A DNA stretch of 64,000 bases from Candidatus Cloacimonadota bacterium (GTDB taxonomy: Bacteria; Cloacimonadota; Cloacimonadia; Cloacimonadales; PWNZ01). Position 1 is the stretch's first letter, and each line of letters opens with the position of its first letter. A program made the translations under genes and the position numbers. The DNA is taken from NCBI GenBank assembly GCA_003564155.1, contig PWOA01000092.1, positions 4,375 through 68,374 of the forward strand, in the 5' to 3' direction. This document shows, in pieces, positions 31,538-40,258 of this stretch. The notes under the pieces are model-generated. The model worked only from the letters and a program-made list of their open reading frames with translations. It searched no databases and had not been told where the DNA came from.

Positions 31538-32455
31538 TTGCTTGCAGAGTTGATTGAAAATTATAAGAAAGAGCTGTACGCTAAAGGGTCATCAAAACAC
31601 ACTATTAAAGCATATCTGACGGATATACGCCAGTTCTTCGCATTTATCGAACACTATTTCCCCAACAACGACGTTATCCTTAATGATATTTCTAAAATAA
31701 TGATCAGAGATTTTTTAAGAAACTTCTCCTACAGTAATTACTCTAATATTACTCTATCAAGAAAGATAACTGCCATTAAATCATTTTTCAACTATCTGGT
31801 AATTAACAGTATAATAACCGAAAACCCCGCCTTGAAAATCAAACAGCCAAAAATTGATAAGAAAATCCCTACATATTTCACTGAAAAAGAAATGGAATTA
31901 ATGCTTAAAATACCCGATTTGTCAACGAAATTCGGCATTCGTAACCGGGCAATATTAGAACTTATTTATTCGTGTGGCTTAAGAATATCAGAAGTAACCG
32001 GATGCAGATTAGATGATTTAGACATGAATCGTGAATTGATAAAAGTTATTGGTAAAGGGGATAAAACTAGATTCATACCTTTAGGAAGAGTCGCTCAAGA
32101 GTATTTACACAAATATCTTCAGATTAGATATAAATTTCTCACTGAAAAAAGCGACACTTCGCTCTTTCTGTCGAAAAGCGGTAAGCCTTTGTTAGCCGAT
32201 GAATTAAGAGCTATTTTAGCTCGTTACATAAAACTTATTGCCCGTACCAAAGGGTATTCAGCTCATACTATCAGACATTCATTTGCTACTCATTTATTGT
32301 CCAGAGGAGCTGATCTGAGAGCTATTCAAGAAATGTTGGGCCATAAAAATTTGGCTACTACCGAAAAATACACACATGTATCATTCCCTGACCTGCTAAA
32401 AGCATATAAACTCGCACACCCCCGTAGTGGAGAAAAAAATAAGACGTCAAGATAG
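31538..32455 (+). CDS. xerC: Tyrosine recombinase XerC/XerD family
   Basis: YSCGLRISE, GKGDKTR, HTIRHSFATHLL.RGADLRAIQEMLGH...T..YTHV; full catalytic set. Confidence 0.88.
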   Translation: MLAELIENYKKELYAKGSSKHTIKAYLTDIRQFFAFIEHYFPNNDVILNDISKIMIRDFLRNFSYSNYSNITLSRKITAIKSFFNYLVINSIITENPALKIKQPKIDKKIPTYFTEKEMELMLKIPDLSTKFGIRNRAILELIYSCGLRISEVTGCRLDDLDMNRELIKVIGKGDKTRFIPLGRVAQEYLHKYLQIRYKFLTEKSDTSLFLSKSGKPLLADELRAILARYIKLIARTKGYSAHTIRHSFATHLLSRGADLRAIQEMLGHKNLATTEKYTHVSFPDLLKAYKLAHPRSGEKNKTSR

Positions 32456-32635
32456 TAATTATAATAGTTTTCTACAGTGTCTCTTTAGATTATACTCGAT
32501 TAGCATCACGATAAATTCAGACTATCGTAATGAATATTTTAATAGTTTTAAACTAATCGAAGGTTGTTCCATCCAAAGAATATTATTGACAGAATATAAA
32601 TGTAATCGATCATCAAACTAATAATGGAGGATTAA

Positions 32636-33517
32636 ATGAAAATAATAGTTTTTTTAGTATTATTAATGCTAAGTTTCAGTACGGTTTTTGCACAAAATAT
32701 TGATGAAAGACTTCAGGAATTAGGTGAATCATATGCAAAAGAATATATCAAACCACTTGTTACGGCTTTTGGAACAAACCTTAACTCAAGCTTGTACAAC
32801 TCTGCAGAAGTATTAAGCCCAAGTGTAATCAGGCCCGTAAGATTTGGTTTTAGCATGCATGCGATGGTAGCAATGGTCCCAAGTTCGGATCAATATTTTG
32901 AGTTTCAAATTGAGGATGATCATGTTGATTTTGGTACTTACAAAACAGCAACTGTTTTCGGAGATAAAGGCTATAGAGGTGATAACGACGTAACTTTTCC
33001 CGATGGTTTAGATTTATCACTTATTCCGCTCTTTGTACCGCAATTCAGATTTGGCCTACCTAAAGGTAATGAGTTAATGATTCGTTACCTGCCTTCTTTA
33101 GATATGGGAGATTTTGGCTCTCTGGATTTTTGGGGTATCGGATTAAAACATAGTATTGACCAATACATACCATTGTTCCCAGTTCATTTATCTGTTCAAG
33201 GTGCATATCAATCTTTTAGTGTTGGTGATCTCATTGATATTAATACTCTTGCACTTAATGCTCAAGTAAGTAAAAGATTGCTAATGCTTACTATATACGG
33301 AGGACTAGGCTGGGAAGAAACAGAATTAAGCGCTAACTACCAACATATTGATGATAACGGACGTGAACAGAAAATCGATTTTGACATCAAGGGAGACAAT
33401 AATCTCCGCATGACTGCAGGATTCAGATGGGCGATAATCCCCTTTGTTCACATTAACGCTGATTATACTATTTCCTACTATCAAGCATTCAGCTTAGGGT
33501 TAGGATTTCAAATCTGA
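32636..33517 (+). CDS. Outer-membrane beta-barrel protein (DUF6588-like)
   Basis: Signal peptide; GGAGG RBS; PQF..GL, RYLP, WGIGLKHSI.QY; amphipathic strands ending LGLGFQI. Confidence 0.65.
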   Translation: MKIIVFLVLLMLSFSTVFAQNIDERLQELGESYAKEYIKPLVTAFGTNLNSSLYNSAEVLSPSVIRPVRFGFSMHAMVAMVPSSDQYFEFQIEDDHVDFGTYKTATVFGDKGYRGDNDVTFPDGLDLSLIPLFVPQFRFGLPKGNELMIRYLPSLDMGDFGSLDFWGIGLKHSIDQYIPLFPVHLSVQGAYQSFSVGDLIDINTLALNAQVSKRLLMLTIYGGLGWEETELSANYQHIDDNGREQKIDFDIKGDNNLRMTAGFRWAIIPFVHINADYTISYYQAFSLGLGFQI

Positions 33518-33544
33518 TAATTAACTTTATATTTATTTACTAAA

Positions 33545-33581
33545 ATCCGCCGGTTCTATAGGTTATAAGATACCGGCGGAT
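33545..33581 (+). terminator. Stem-loop downstream of the beta-barrel gene
   Basis: ATCCGCCGGT / ACCGGCGGAT 10-bp stem followed by ATTATTAT. Confidence 0.6.
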
Positions 33582-33678
33582 ATTATTATGTCTAATAGTT
33601 ATTTGATTACTAGTAAATGCTAAACGACTATTTTACAAGTCTTATGTTCATTACTTACTAAATATCACGAGGTTATAC

Positions 33679-34239
33679 ATGGAATTTATTGATGTGATTA
33701 AGAGTCGAAAAAGTGTTCGTACTTATAGTGATAAACCTTTGGATGATATACACTTGCAAACAATATTAGAAGCTGGAAGAAATGCTCCTTCATTTCAAAA
33801 TAGACAGTGTTGGCGATTTGTAGTAATTAATGATAAAAACAAGATAAAGTATATCGCATCAAACAGTGGTATCGTTGGAAAGATTAATTTTTTTATCAAA
33901 AATGCTCCTATTTTAATTGTAGCCTGTGCGAATCCAGCTCAAAGTGGGAATATGAATGGACAAAACTATTATCTGGTCGATACTGCCATAGCTCTACAGC
34001 AGATGATGTTAACTGCCTGGAACTTAGGTATTGGAAGTTGCTGGATGGCAGCTTTTAACGAAGAAAAAGTAAAAAGTATTTTATCAATTCCCCCAAAAAT
34101 CAGAATTGTCGCTATGAGTCCATTCGGATACCCAAAGGAAAAAGAAAATATTTACGGTAAAATGATTAAAGTGTTTGCCGCAAGTGATAAGAGAAAAAAA
34201 CAAGATAAAATAATTTGCTACAATGAATGGACGTTATAA
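33679..34239 (+). CDS. Nitroreductase family protein
   Basis: RKSVRTY, APSFQNRQCW, LGIGSCW, GYP. Confidence 0.9.
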   Translation: MEFIDVIKSRKSVRTYSDKPLDDIHLQTILEAGRNAPSFQNRQCWRFVVINDKNKIKYIASNSGIVGKINFFIKNAPILIVACANPAQSGNMNGQNYYLVDTAIALQQMMLTAWNLGIGSCWMAAFNEEKVKSILSIPPKIRIVAMSPFGYPKEKENIYGKMIKVFAASDKRKKQDKIICYNEWTL

Positions 34240-34888
34240 TAGCTTCTGCCCTATCCAAAATAATATACCAATTATGACTCTACCTAAATATTGTTACGTG
34301 GAATATTAAAAATAATAACAATATTGCCATCTAATAATTGTGGTATTATACACATATCTTAATCATTATTTTACATCTATTTAGCTTAAACAAGCAATCA
34401 ACTTTCAATTACCATTAATTTTATATATCTGTATTACTGTATTTTAGTAGACTTGTTATACTATTTACCTCATTGTAGTATCCTATATAACACCTATACA
34501 TGATATTACAATAGTTTAGCACTCAATTTTCTTACACTTAAATTATTGCATACAATAGTATTATACTTGATAAATAATACTCAATCTATGATACTGTATT
34601 ATCATGTCTGTTGTGGTAATGGCTGATAATTTCAATATAAATACAAGTAGTATATACTTAGTAGTTTTGTCAGTTAGGCATTCAAAATATCCTTGATATA
34701 TTGTATAGATAATACATCAGATATTCAGCTCTACTATTTGAAAAGTGTACTGGGTCGTTTTTATCTTAATTAGGAAATATTTGCTGCTTTTTATACATTG
34801 TAATCATCCTCCCATGTCTCTCCTTTATTCTTGCATAAATGACAGCATATATAAATGGAAAGACAAACTATGTGCAAGTTAATCATCA

Positions 34889-35250
34889 GTGGGGAAAGAT
34901 TATTTTTCAACTGAAATCACTGAGCACTTTTCAAATGAAATAAACAATCATCTTTATCTTTTTACTCTTATGCCGAATCACGTTCATATGTTGCTTAAGC
35001 CCGGGAAAATTGATGGTCGAATAATCCCTGTTGGTGAGATATTACGGCTGATAAAAGGAAGGACCGCCAGAAGTATAAATCAGATGTTAGACCAGAAAGG
35101 AACGATATGGCATAGGGGATGTTATGATCATTGAGTTAGAAATCAAGAGGAATAATATCTTCGAGTATATACGGAATAATCCCCTAAAAGCAGGATTGGT
35201 TAATGATGCTTCCGATTGGTCTTGGACGTGGATAAATCCCGAGTACTATT
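34889..35250 (+). pseudogene. Degraded REP-associated / IS200-type Y1 tyrosine transposase (RAYT)
   Basis: HUH motif LMPNHVHML, IKGRTAR.IN, IW...YDH*VRNQEE* (TGA at 35132-35134), then in another frame FEYIRNNPLKAGLV...DWSW; no recognisable N-terminus. Confidence 0.8.
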
Positions 35251-35334
35251 ATAAGGTTTTTTCGAGGTTTCGAGAATTTGTTAAATACCGGCTGAAGCTG
35301 GCCGGTTTCTCCAAGCCGCCACTCTAAGATATCC

Positions 35335-35469
35335 TTAGTAGCTTATCAAAAATATTCATGTTTTTTTGGCAAGATATTCTCATTGTAGGGGCTGGGCTTG
35401 CCCCTGCCCGATAAAGGGACAAACGCAAGGGTTGCCCCCACATTTTGGTTCCAGCTTGTCCGGGTTAGG
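35335..35469 (+). repeat. 135-bp REP-containing dispersed element, copy A
   Basis: Contains TGTAGGGGC...GGGCTTGCCC...CAAACGCAAGGGTTG...GCCCCCACA. About 86% identical (hand alignment: 17 substitutions, 2 indels) to the reverse complement of 52330-52464. Confidence 0.9.
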
Positions 35470-35861
35470 GTAACCTAGAGGATAAATCTTTGAAATATAT
35501 TATAATCACTCCAACAATTACTATCGAAAAAGTTAAGGGCGAAGAGTGTACCAATTATATCAAGAAAATATCTCTGCTCGAAAACATGTGTTACTTTTAT
35601 ATCTTAATGAAAATAACATATAATTTGATATGTTGTAGTAAAAAATGGCAATTGATGAGATTGCCCTTAGATATATTTTAATAATGATTTTTCCACACGC
35701 ATAGGAGCAATAATAGAGTTGATTATAACAATAATTATCAAAACAGTTTATAATTAAATATTAATTCTATTTACAATTCAAATATTTACGGTGACAATCA
35801 AAGTCAGTCAATCCTTTGACCTGGTAAATAAATAACCGAATCAAATCAAATCAAAAAATGG

Positions 35862-35892
35862 TTGACACTAAACCCATCATTGAAGTGATGGG
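35862..35892 (+). promoter_or_regulatory. Hydrogenase operon -35 box and downstream palindrome
   Basis: TTGACA at 35862-35867; CCCATCA-N6-TGATGGG at 35873-35892 covering the expected -10 position. Confidence 0.45.
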
Positions 35893-35938
35893 AGACGATA
35901 ATAAAATCTATAATAAATATAAATACAAGGAGTAAAAC

Positions 35939-36301
35939 ATGAAATCTTTGGAAGAACTTCGTAAGATTCGAGAGAAAGCGCAACAAGATATGAAACTGCG
36001 CGGTAGTAATTATCGCATCAAGATCGTTGTTGGAATGGGAACCTCCGGTATAGCCGTTGGTGCAAGAGAAGTGATGAAATCATTTCTTGAAGAAATAGAA
36101 AAAAGAGGTTTAAAAGATGTCCAAATCACTCAAACAGGCGAGAAAGGTCTTTCTTCAATGGAACCTGTTGCTGATGTTATTGAAGAAGGAAAGCCTAAAG
36201 TAACTTACGGTTATCTAACAACAGAAAAAGCAAAGAGAATAGTTGCTGAGCATATTGTCAATGGACAGGTAGTATCGGATTATATAGTTGCATCAGAATA
36301 A
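35939..36301 (+). CDS. HydD/HndB-like thioredoxin-fold hydrogenase subunit lacking all cysteines
   Basis: KIVVGMGTSGIAVGA...QTGEKGLSSMEP...VTY...HIVNG matches the family pattern VGM.TCG...TGC.G.C..EP with the Cys replaced. Confidence 0.85.
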   Translation: MKSLEELRKIREKAQQDMKLRGSNYRIKIVVGMGTSGIAVGAREVMKSFLEEIEKRGLKDVQITQTGEKGLSSMEPVADVIEEGKPKVTYGYLTTEKAKRIVAEHIVNGQVVSDYIVASE

Positions 36302-36343
36302 AGAATGAAGCGATTTAACTAACAAAAATAAGAAGGAGAAACC

Positions 36344-36799
36344 ATGTATCAGGAGATATTAAAAAAATATGAACCCACTAAGGATAATTTAATATATATC
36401 CTCCACGACATACAAGACAATGATCCTCAGCACTATGTTTCTGAGTCTGCAGTCCAAAGTGTATCGGAATATTTAAGAATACCGGTAAATCATATTTACG
36501 GTGTTTTAACTTTTTATACTATGTATAGCACCACACCTCGAGGGAAGAATGTTATCCGTCTATGCGAATCACCTCCTTGTTACCTGAGAGGTAGTGATAA
36601 TATTCTTGCAAAATTAAAAAACACCTTAGGTATAAAAACCGGGGAAACTACTTCCGACGGCTTATTTACTTTGGAGTTATGTGCTTGTTTAGGATTATGT
36701 GGTAATGCACCTGTAATGATGATTAATGATGATTTCTATGGAGATTTAACTGACGACAAGATTGATCAAATAATTCATAATATTAGGGAGGCGAAGTAA
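36344..36799 (+). CDS. HydC/HndA (NuoE-like) [2Fe-2S] subunit
   Basis: GVLTFY, CESPPC, CLGLCGNAPVM. Confidence 0.92.
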   Translation: MYQEILKKYEPTKDNLIYILHDIQDNDPQHYVSESAVQSVSEYLRIPVNHIYGVLTFYTMYSTTPRGKNVIRLCESPPCYLRGSDNILAKLKNTLGIKTGETTSDGLFTLELCACLGLCGNAPVMMINDDFYGDLTDDKIDQIIHNIREAK

Positions 36800-38379
36800 T
36801 GAAGTATTTCCGCAGTCATATATTGATAGAAACTGATGAAGCATCAGTACAACAAGGTGCTCGGGAAGTTATGAATGCACTAAAGCAAGAGCTTGCTAAG
36901 CATAATTTAGATCAGGAGGTAAACGTTTTAGAGACCGGCTCTTTAGGTTTCTTTGAACGTGGAGTTTGTATTGCAGTCTACCCTGATGATGTTATATATG
37001 GCAATGTTAAAGTTGAGGATGTTTCTAGTTTAGTTTCGGAACATTTCCTTAAAGGCCGCCCCCTTACACATTTAGTCATAGAGAGATCAGAAAAGAAAAA
37101 TATCCCCTTGGGATATGATAAACGGATTGTTCTCGAAAATTCCGGTAACATAGATCCGGAAGAGATAAATGACTATCTTGGAGTAGGTGGATACTTAGCT
37201 TGGGAGAAAGCACTTTTAGAAATGAAACCGGAAGATATCGTGCAAACTGTAAAGGATTCCGGACTCAGAGGTCGTGGTGGTGCAGGTTTTCCAGCAGGCA
37301 TAAAATGGAGTTTTACATCACCTATTAAGGGAGTCCAAAAATATGTCGTAATTAACGCTGATGAAGGTGAACCTGGAACATTCAAAGATAGGTTGATCAT
37401 GGAAGGTGATCCGCATAAACTATTGGAAGGGACAATGATTGCTTCATTAGCCGTAGGAGCGACCAAAGCATATATATACATCAGAGGCGAATACAAGTTA
37501 TGCATTAACCGTTTGCAGAGAGCAATAGATCAAGCCTATGAATATGGTTTACTTGGTAAAAACATTCTTGAATCAGGATTTGATTTAGACATCGAAATAG
37601 AAACAGGTGCAGGTGCTTACATATGTGGTGAAGAAACTGCTCTGATCGAATCAATGGAAGGTAATCGTGGAATTCCACGAACAAAGCCTCCTTATCCCGG
37701 TGTTAAAGGTTTTATGCAGAATCCTACAGTTGTTAATAATGTTGAAACAATTGCTAATGTACCAGCGATAATCAATAAAGGAGCAGATTGGTATAGAAAT
37801 ATCGGTACTGCTGAAAGCCCCGGAACTAAGGTATATACCATTTTAGGAGATGTTGCGGTACCAGGTCTTTGTGAAGTGCCCATGGGTACGACATTACGAA
37901 CTATAATCAACACTTATGGTGGCGGAATGAAAAAAGGAAGCCGCTTTAAATCTGCTTTAGTTGGTGGTGCAGCCGGTATATTTTTAGGTGATAACATGTT
38001 AGATGTGAAAATGGATTTTCATAATTTAGCTGAATATAAAGCAGTTTTAGGCTCTGGCGCGATATTGGTGATAAATGACTCTGTTAATATTGTTGATATG
38101 TTAGAGTCTGTAATTAAATTTTTCAGACATGAATCCTGTGGCAAGTGTGTACCCTGTCGTAACGGTAATGAACAACTATACAAATCCGTTAGGAAGATAA
38201 AAGCCGGTTATGCAGGAGAAGATGAGTTAGATAAGATGCTCTTAATTGCCGACACCATGCAAAAAACTTCATTTTGTGCTTTAGGGCAATCTTTACTATT
38301 ACCGGTTAAGAGCGCACTGGATATGTTTAAAGATGATTTCTTGTCATATATTAACAAAAAAAAAGCAATAAATAAATAA
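36799..38379 (+). CDS. HydB/HndC (NuoF-like) NADH/FMN-binding subunit, C-terminally short
   Basis: SGLRGRGGAGFP, NADEGEPGTFKD, GAGAYICGEE, ESCGKCVPCR...SFCALG; no C-terminal ferredoxin domain. Confidence 0.93.
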   Translation: MKYFRSHILIETDEASVQQGAREVMNALKQELAKHNLDQEVNVLETGSLGFFERGVCIAVYPDDVIYGNVKVEDVSSLVSEHFLKGRPLTHLVIERSEKKNIPLGYDKRIVLENSGNIDPEEINDYLGVGGYLAWEKALLEMKPEDIVQTVKDSGLRGRGGAGFPAGIKWSFTSPIKGVQKYVVINADEGEPGTFKDRLIMEGDPHKLLEGTMIASLAVGATKAYIYIRGEYKLCINRLQRAIDQAYEYGLLGKNILESGFDLDIEIETGAGAYICGEETALIESMEGNRGIPRTKPPYPGVKGFMQNPTVVNNVETIANVPAIINKGADWYRNIGTAESPGTKVYTILGDVAVPGLCEVPMGTTLRTIINTYGGGMKKGSRFKSALVGGAAGIFLGDNMLDVKMDFHNLAEYKAVLGSGAILVINDSVNIVDMLESVIKFFRHESCGKCVPCRNGNEQLYKSVRKIKAGYAGEDELDKMLLIADTMQKTSFCALGQSLLLPVKSALDMFKDDFLSYINKKKAINK

Positions 38380-38399
38380 AATAACTTTAGGGAGATGAA

Positions 38400-40178
38400 A
38401 TGAATAAAATGATAAACCTAATGATAGACGGAATAGATGTTAAGGTTTCCCAAGATACTTCAATAATTGAAGCCGCTTCATCAGTAGGCATAAAAATACC
38501 TTCCTTATGCTACCACCAAGATCTTTTACCAAGTGCAGGTTGCGGAATATGTGTTGTCGAAATTGAAGGGCAGCCACTTCCCAAACGTGCTTGCTGTACC
38601 CCGGTTTATGAAGGAATGAAGGTTAAAACAAATAGTATCGAATTGAGAAGTCTCAGAAAGATGTTGTTAGAAATGATTTTAGCAGATCATTATGTGGATT
38701 GTCCAACTTGTATATCTAATAATAAGTGTGATCTACAAGACTTAGCATATATTATGGGTGTTAAGACTGAAGAAAATGCGCCTTTACAAACCAGAAAACC
38801 AATCGATGAATCTAGTGTATCGATTATTAGAGATCCCAACAAGTGTATCAATTGCGGTAGATGTGTAACCGTATGTAACGATATACAAACAGTTTATGCA
38901 CTAACAACAGTTCACCGTGGTTTTGAATCCGAAATCAACACCCCTTTCAGTAAAGGAATGGCTGAAAGTACTTGTATTAATTGCGGGCAATGTGTTGTAT
39001 TCTGCCCAACTGCCGCCTTGACTGAAAAGACACATACTGAACAGGTATGGAATGAACTGTTAAACCCTGCTAAACATCTTGTTATCCAAGCTGCACCTGC
39101 AGTCAGAGCAACATTGGGTGAAGAGTTTGGTATGGAGGAAGGTTCTCTGTCAGTCGGTAAAATGTATGCTGCTTTTCGTAAACTGGGATTCAATGCAGTG
39201 TTTGACACTAACTTTACGGCAGATTTAACTATCATGGAAGAAGGTACAGAATTTGTTAACCGGTTCACATCAGGTGGTACTTTACCATTAATAACATCAT
39301 GTTCACCCGGATGGATTAAATTCATGGAAACTTTCTATCCTGATTTAGCTGATAATGTTTCGACCTGTAAATCACCTCAGCAGATGTTTGGTGCTTTAGT
39401 TAAAACTTATTATGCTGAAAACAAAAATGTGAATCCTAAAGATATTGTTTCGGTATCAATAATGCCTTGTACTGCTAAAAAATTCGAAGCAAATCGTCCC
39501 GAGATGCAAGATTCAGGATATAAGGATGTCGATTATGTTCTCACTACCCGGGAAATTGCGCGTATGATTAAAGAAGCCGGTATCGACTTTGCGAAATTAG
39601 AAGATGAAAAAGCTGATGATTTAATGGGTATCTATACCGGAGCAGCAACAATATTCGGTGCGACAGGAGGCGTTATGGAAGCAGCCTTGCGATCTGCTTA
39701 TTATCTGATAACTAAAGAGAATTTACCGTCACCTGAAATCAAGGCAGTTCGTGGTATGGAAGGGATCAAAGAAGCTATCGTCGATGTCAAAGGAACCAAA
39801 GTCAAAATTGCGGTTGCTCACAGCTTAGGAAAAGCTCGTGAATTAATGGATAGAATCCGTCAACAGATCCAAGAAACCGGAAAATCAGATTATCACTTCA
39901 TTGAAGTTATGGCGTGTCCGGGTGGATGTGTCGGCGGTGGCGGGCAACCATTCCAAAGCAATCTTGCTGCTCGTGCTAGACGCGGTGAAGCCTTATATAA
40001 AGAAGATAGTGAGTTAGAATTAAGGCTTTCTCATGAAAATCCCGCAGTTGTAGAAGTTTACGAAAAATTCCTTAAAGCTCCGGGCTCTGAGATCGCCCAT
40101 AAACTTTTACACACTAATTATTTCAAACGTGATATAATGAGTGGTGATATCATCGAAGAAGCCACTCATAAACACTAA
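38400..40178 (+). CDS. hydA: [FeFe]-hydrogenase catalytic subunit (group A3-type)
   Basis: N-terminal [2Fe-2S], His-ligated [4Fe-4S] (H...CPTC...C), 2x[4Fe-4S]; H-cluster motifs TSCSPGW, MPCTAKKFE, EVMACPGGCVGGGGQP. Confidence 0.96.
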   Translation: MNKMINLMIDGIDVKVSQDTSIIEAASSVGIKIPSLCYHQDLLPSAGCGICVVEIEGQPLPKRACCTPVYEGMKVKTNSIELRSLRKMLLEMILADHYVDCPTCISNNKCDLQDLAYIMGVKTEENAPLQTRKPIDESSVSIIRDPNKCINCGRCVTVCNDIQTVYALTTVHRGFESEINTPFSKGMAESTCINCGQCVVFCPTAALTEKTHTEQVWNELLNPAKHLVIQAAPAVRATLGEEFGMEEGSLSVGKMYAAFRKLGFNAVFDTNFTADLTIMEEGTEFVNRFTSGGTLPLITSCSPGWIKFMETFYPDLADNVSTCKSPQQMFGALVKTYYAENKNVNPKDIVSVSIMPCTAKKFEANRPEMQDSGYKDVDYVLTTREIARMIKEAGIDFAKLEDEKADDLMGIYTGAATIFGATGGVMEAALRSAYYLITKENLPSPEIKAVRGMEGIKEAIVDVKGTKVKIAVAHSLGKARELMDRIRQQIQETGKSDYHFIEVMACPGGCVGGGGQPFQSNLAARARRGEALYKEDSELELRLSHENPAVVEVYEKFLKAPGSEIAHKLLHTNYFKRDIMSGDIIEEATHKH

Positions 40179-40196
40179 TATTTTGATTATATGATC

Positions 40197-40233
40197 TTAG
40201 AGACCGTTATTTTTTAACGGTCTCTAATTTTTT
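40197..40233 (+). terminator. Rho-independent terminator between hydA and hydG
   Basis: TTAGAGACCGTTA / TAACGGTCTCTAA 13-bp stem followed by TTTTTT. Confidence 0.8.
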
Positions 40234-40258
40234 AATACTATAACTACAAGAGGGAAAA

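Noticed and set aside
31538-32455. Tyrosine recombinase as an island or prophage integrase
   Set aside because: Size and motifs match housekeeping XerC/D; no att repeats, tRNA or mobile cargo are adjacent.
34289-34306. parS-like ATTGTTACGTGGAATA
   Set aside because: About 10-11 of 16 matches and not palindromic.
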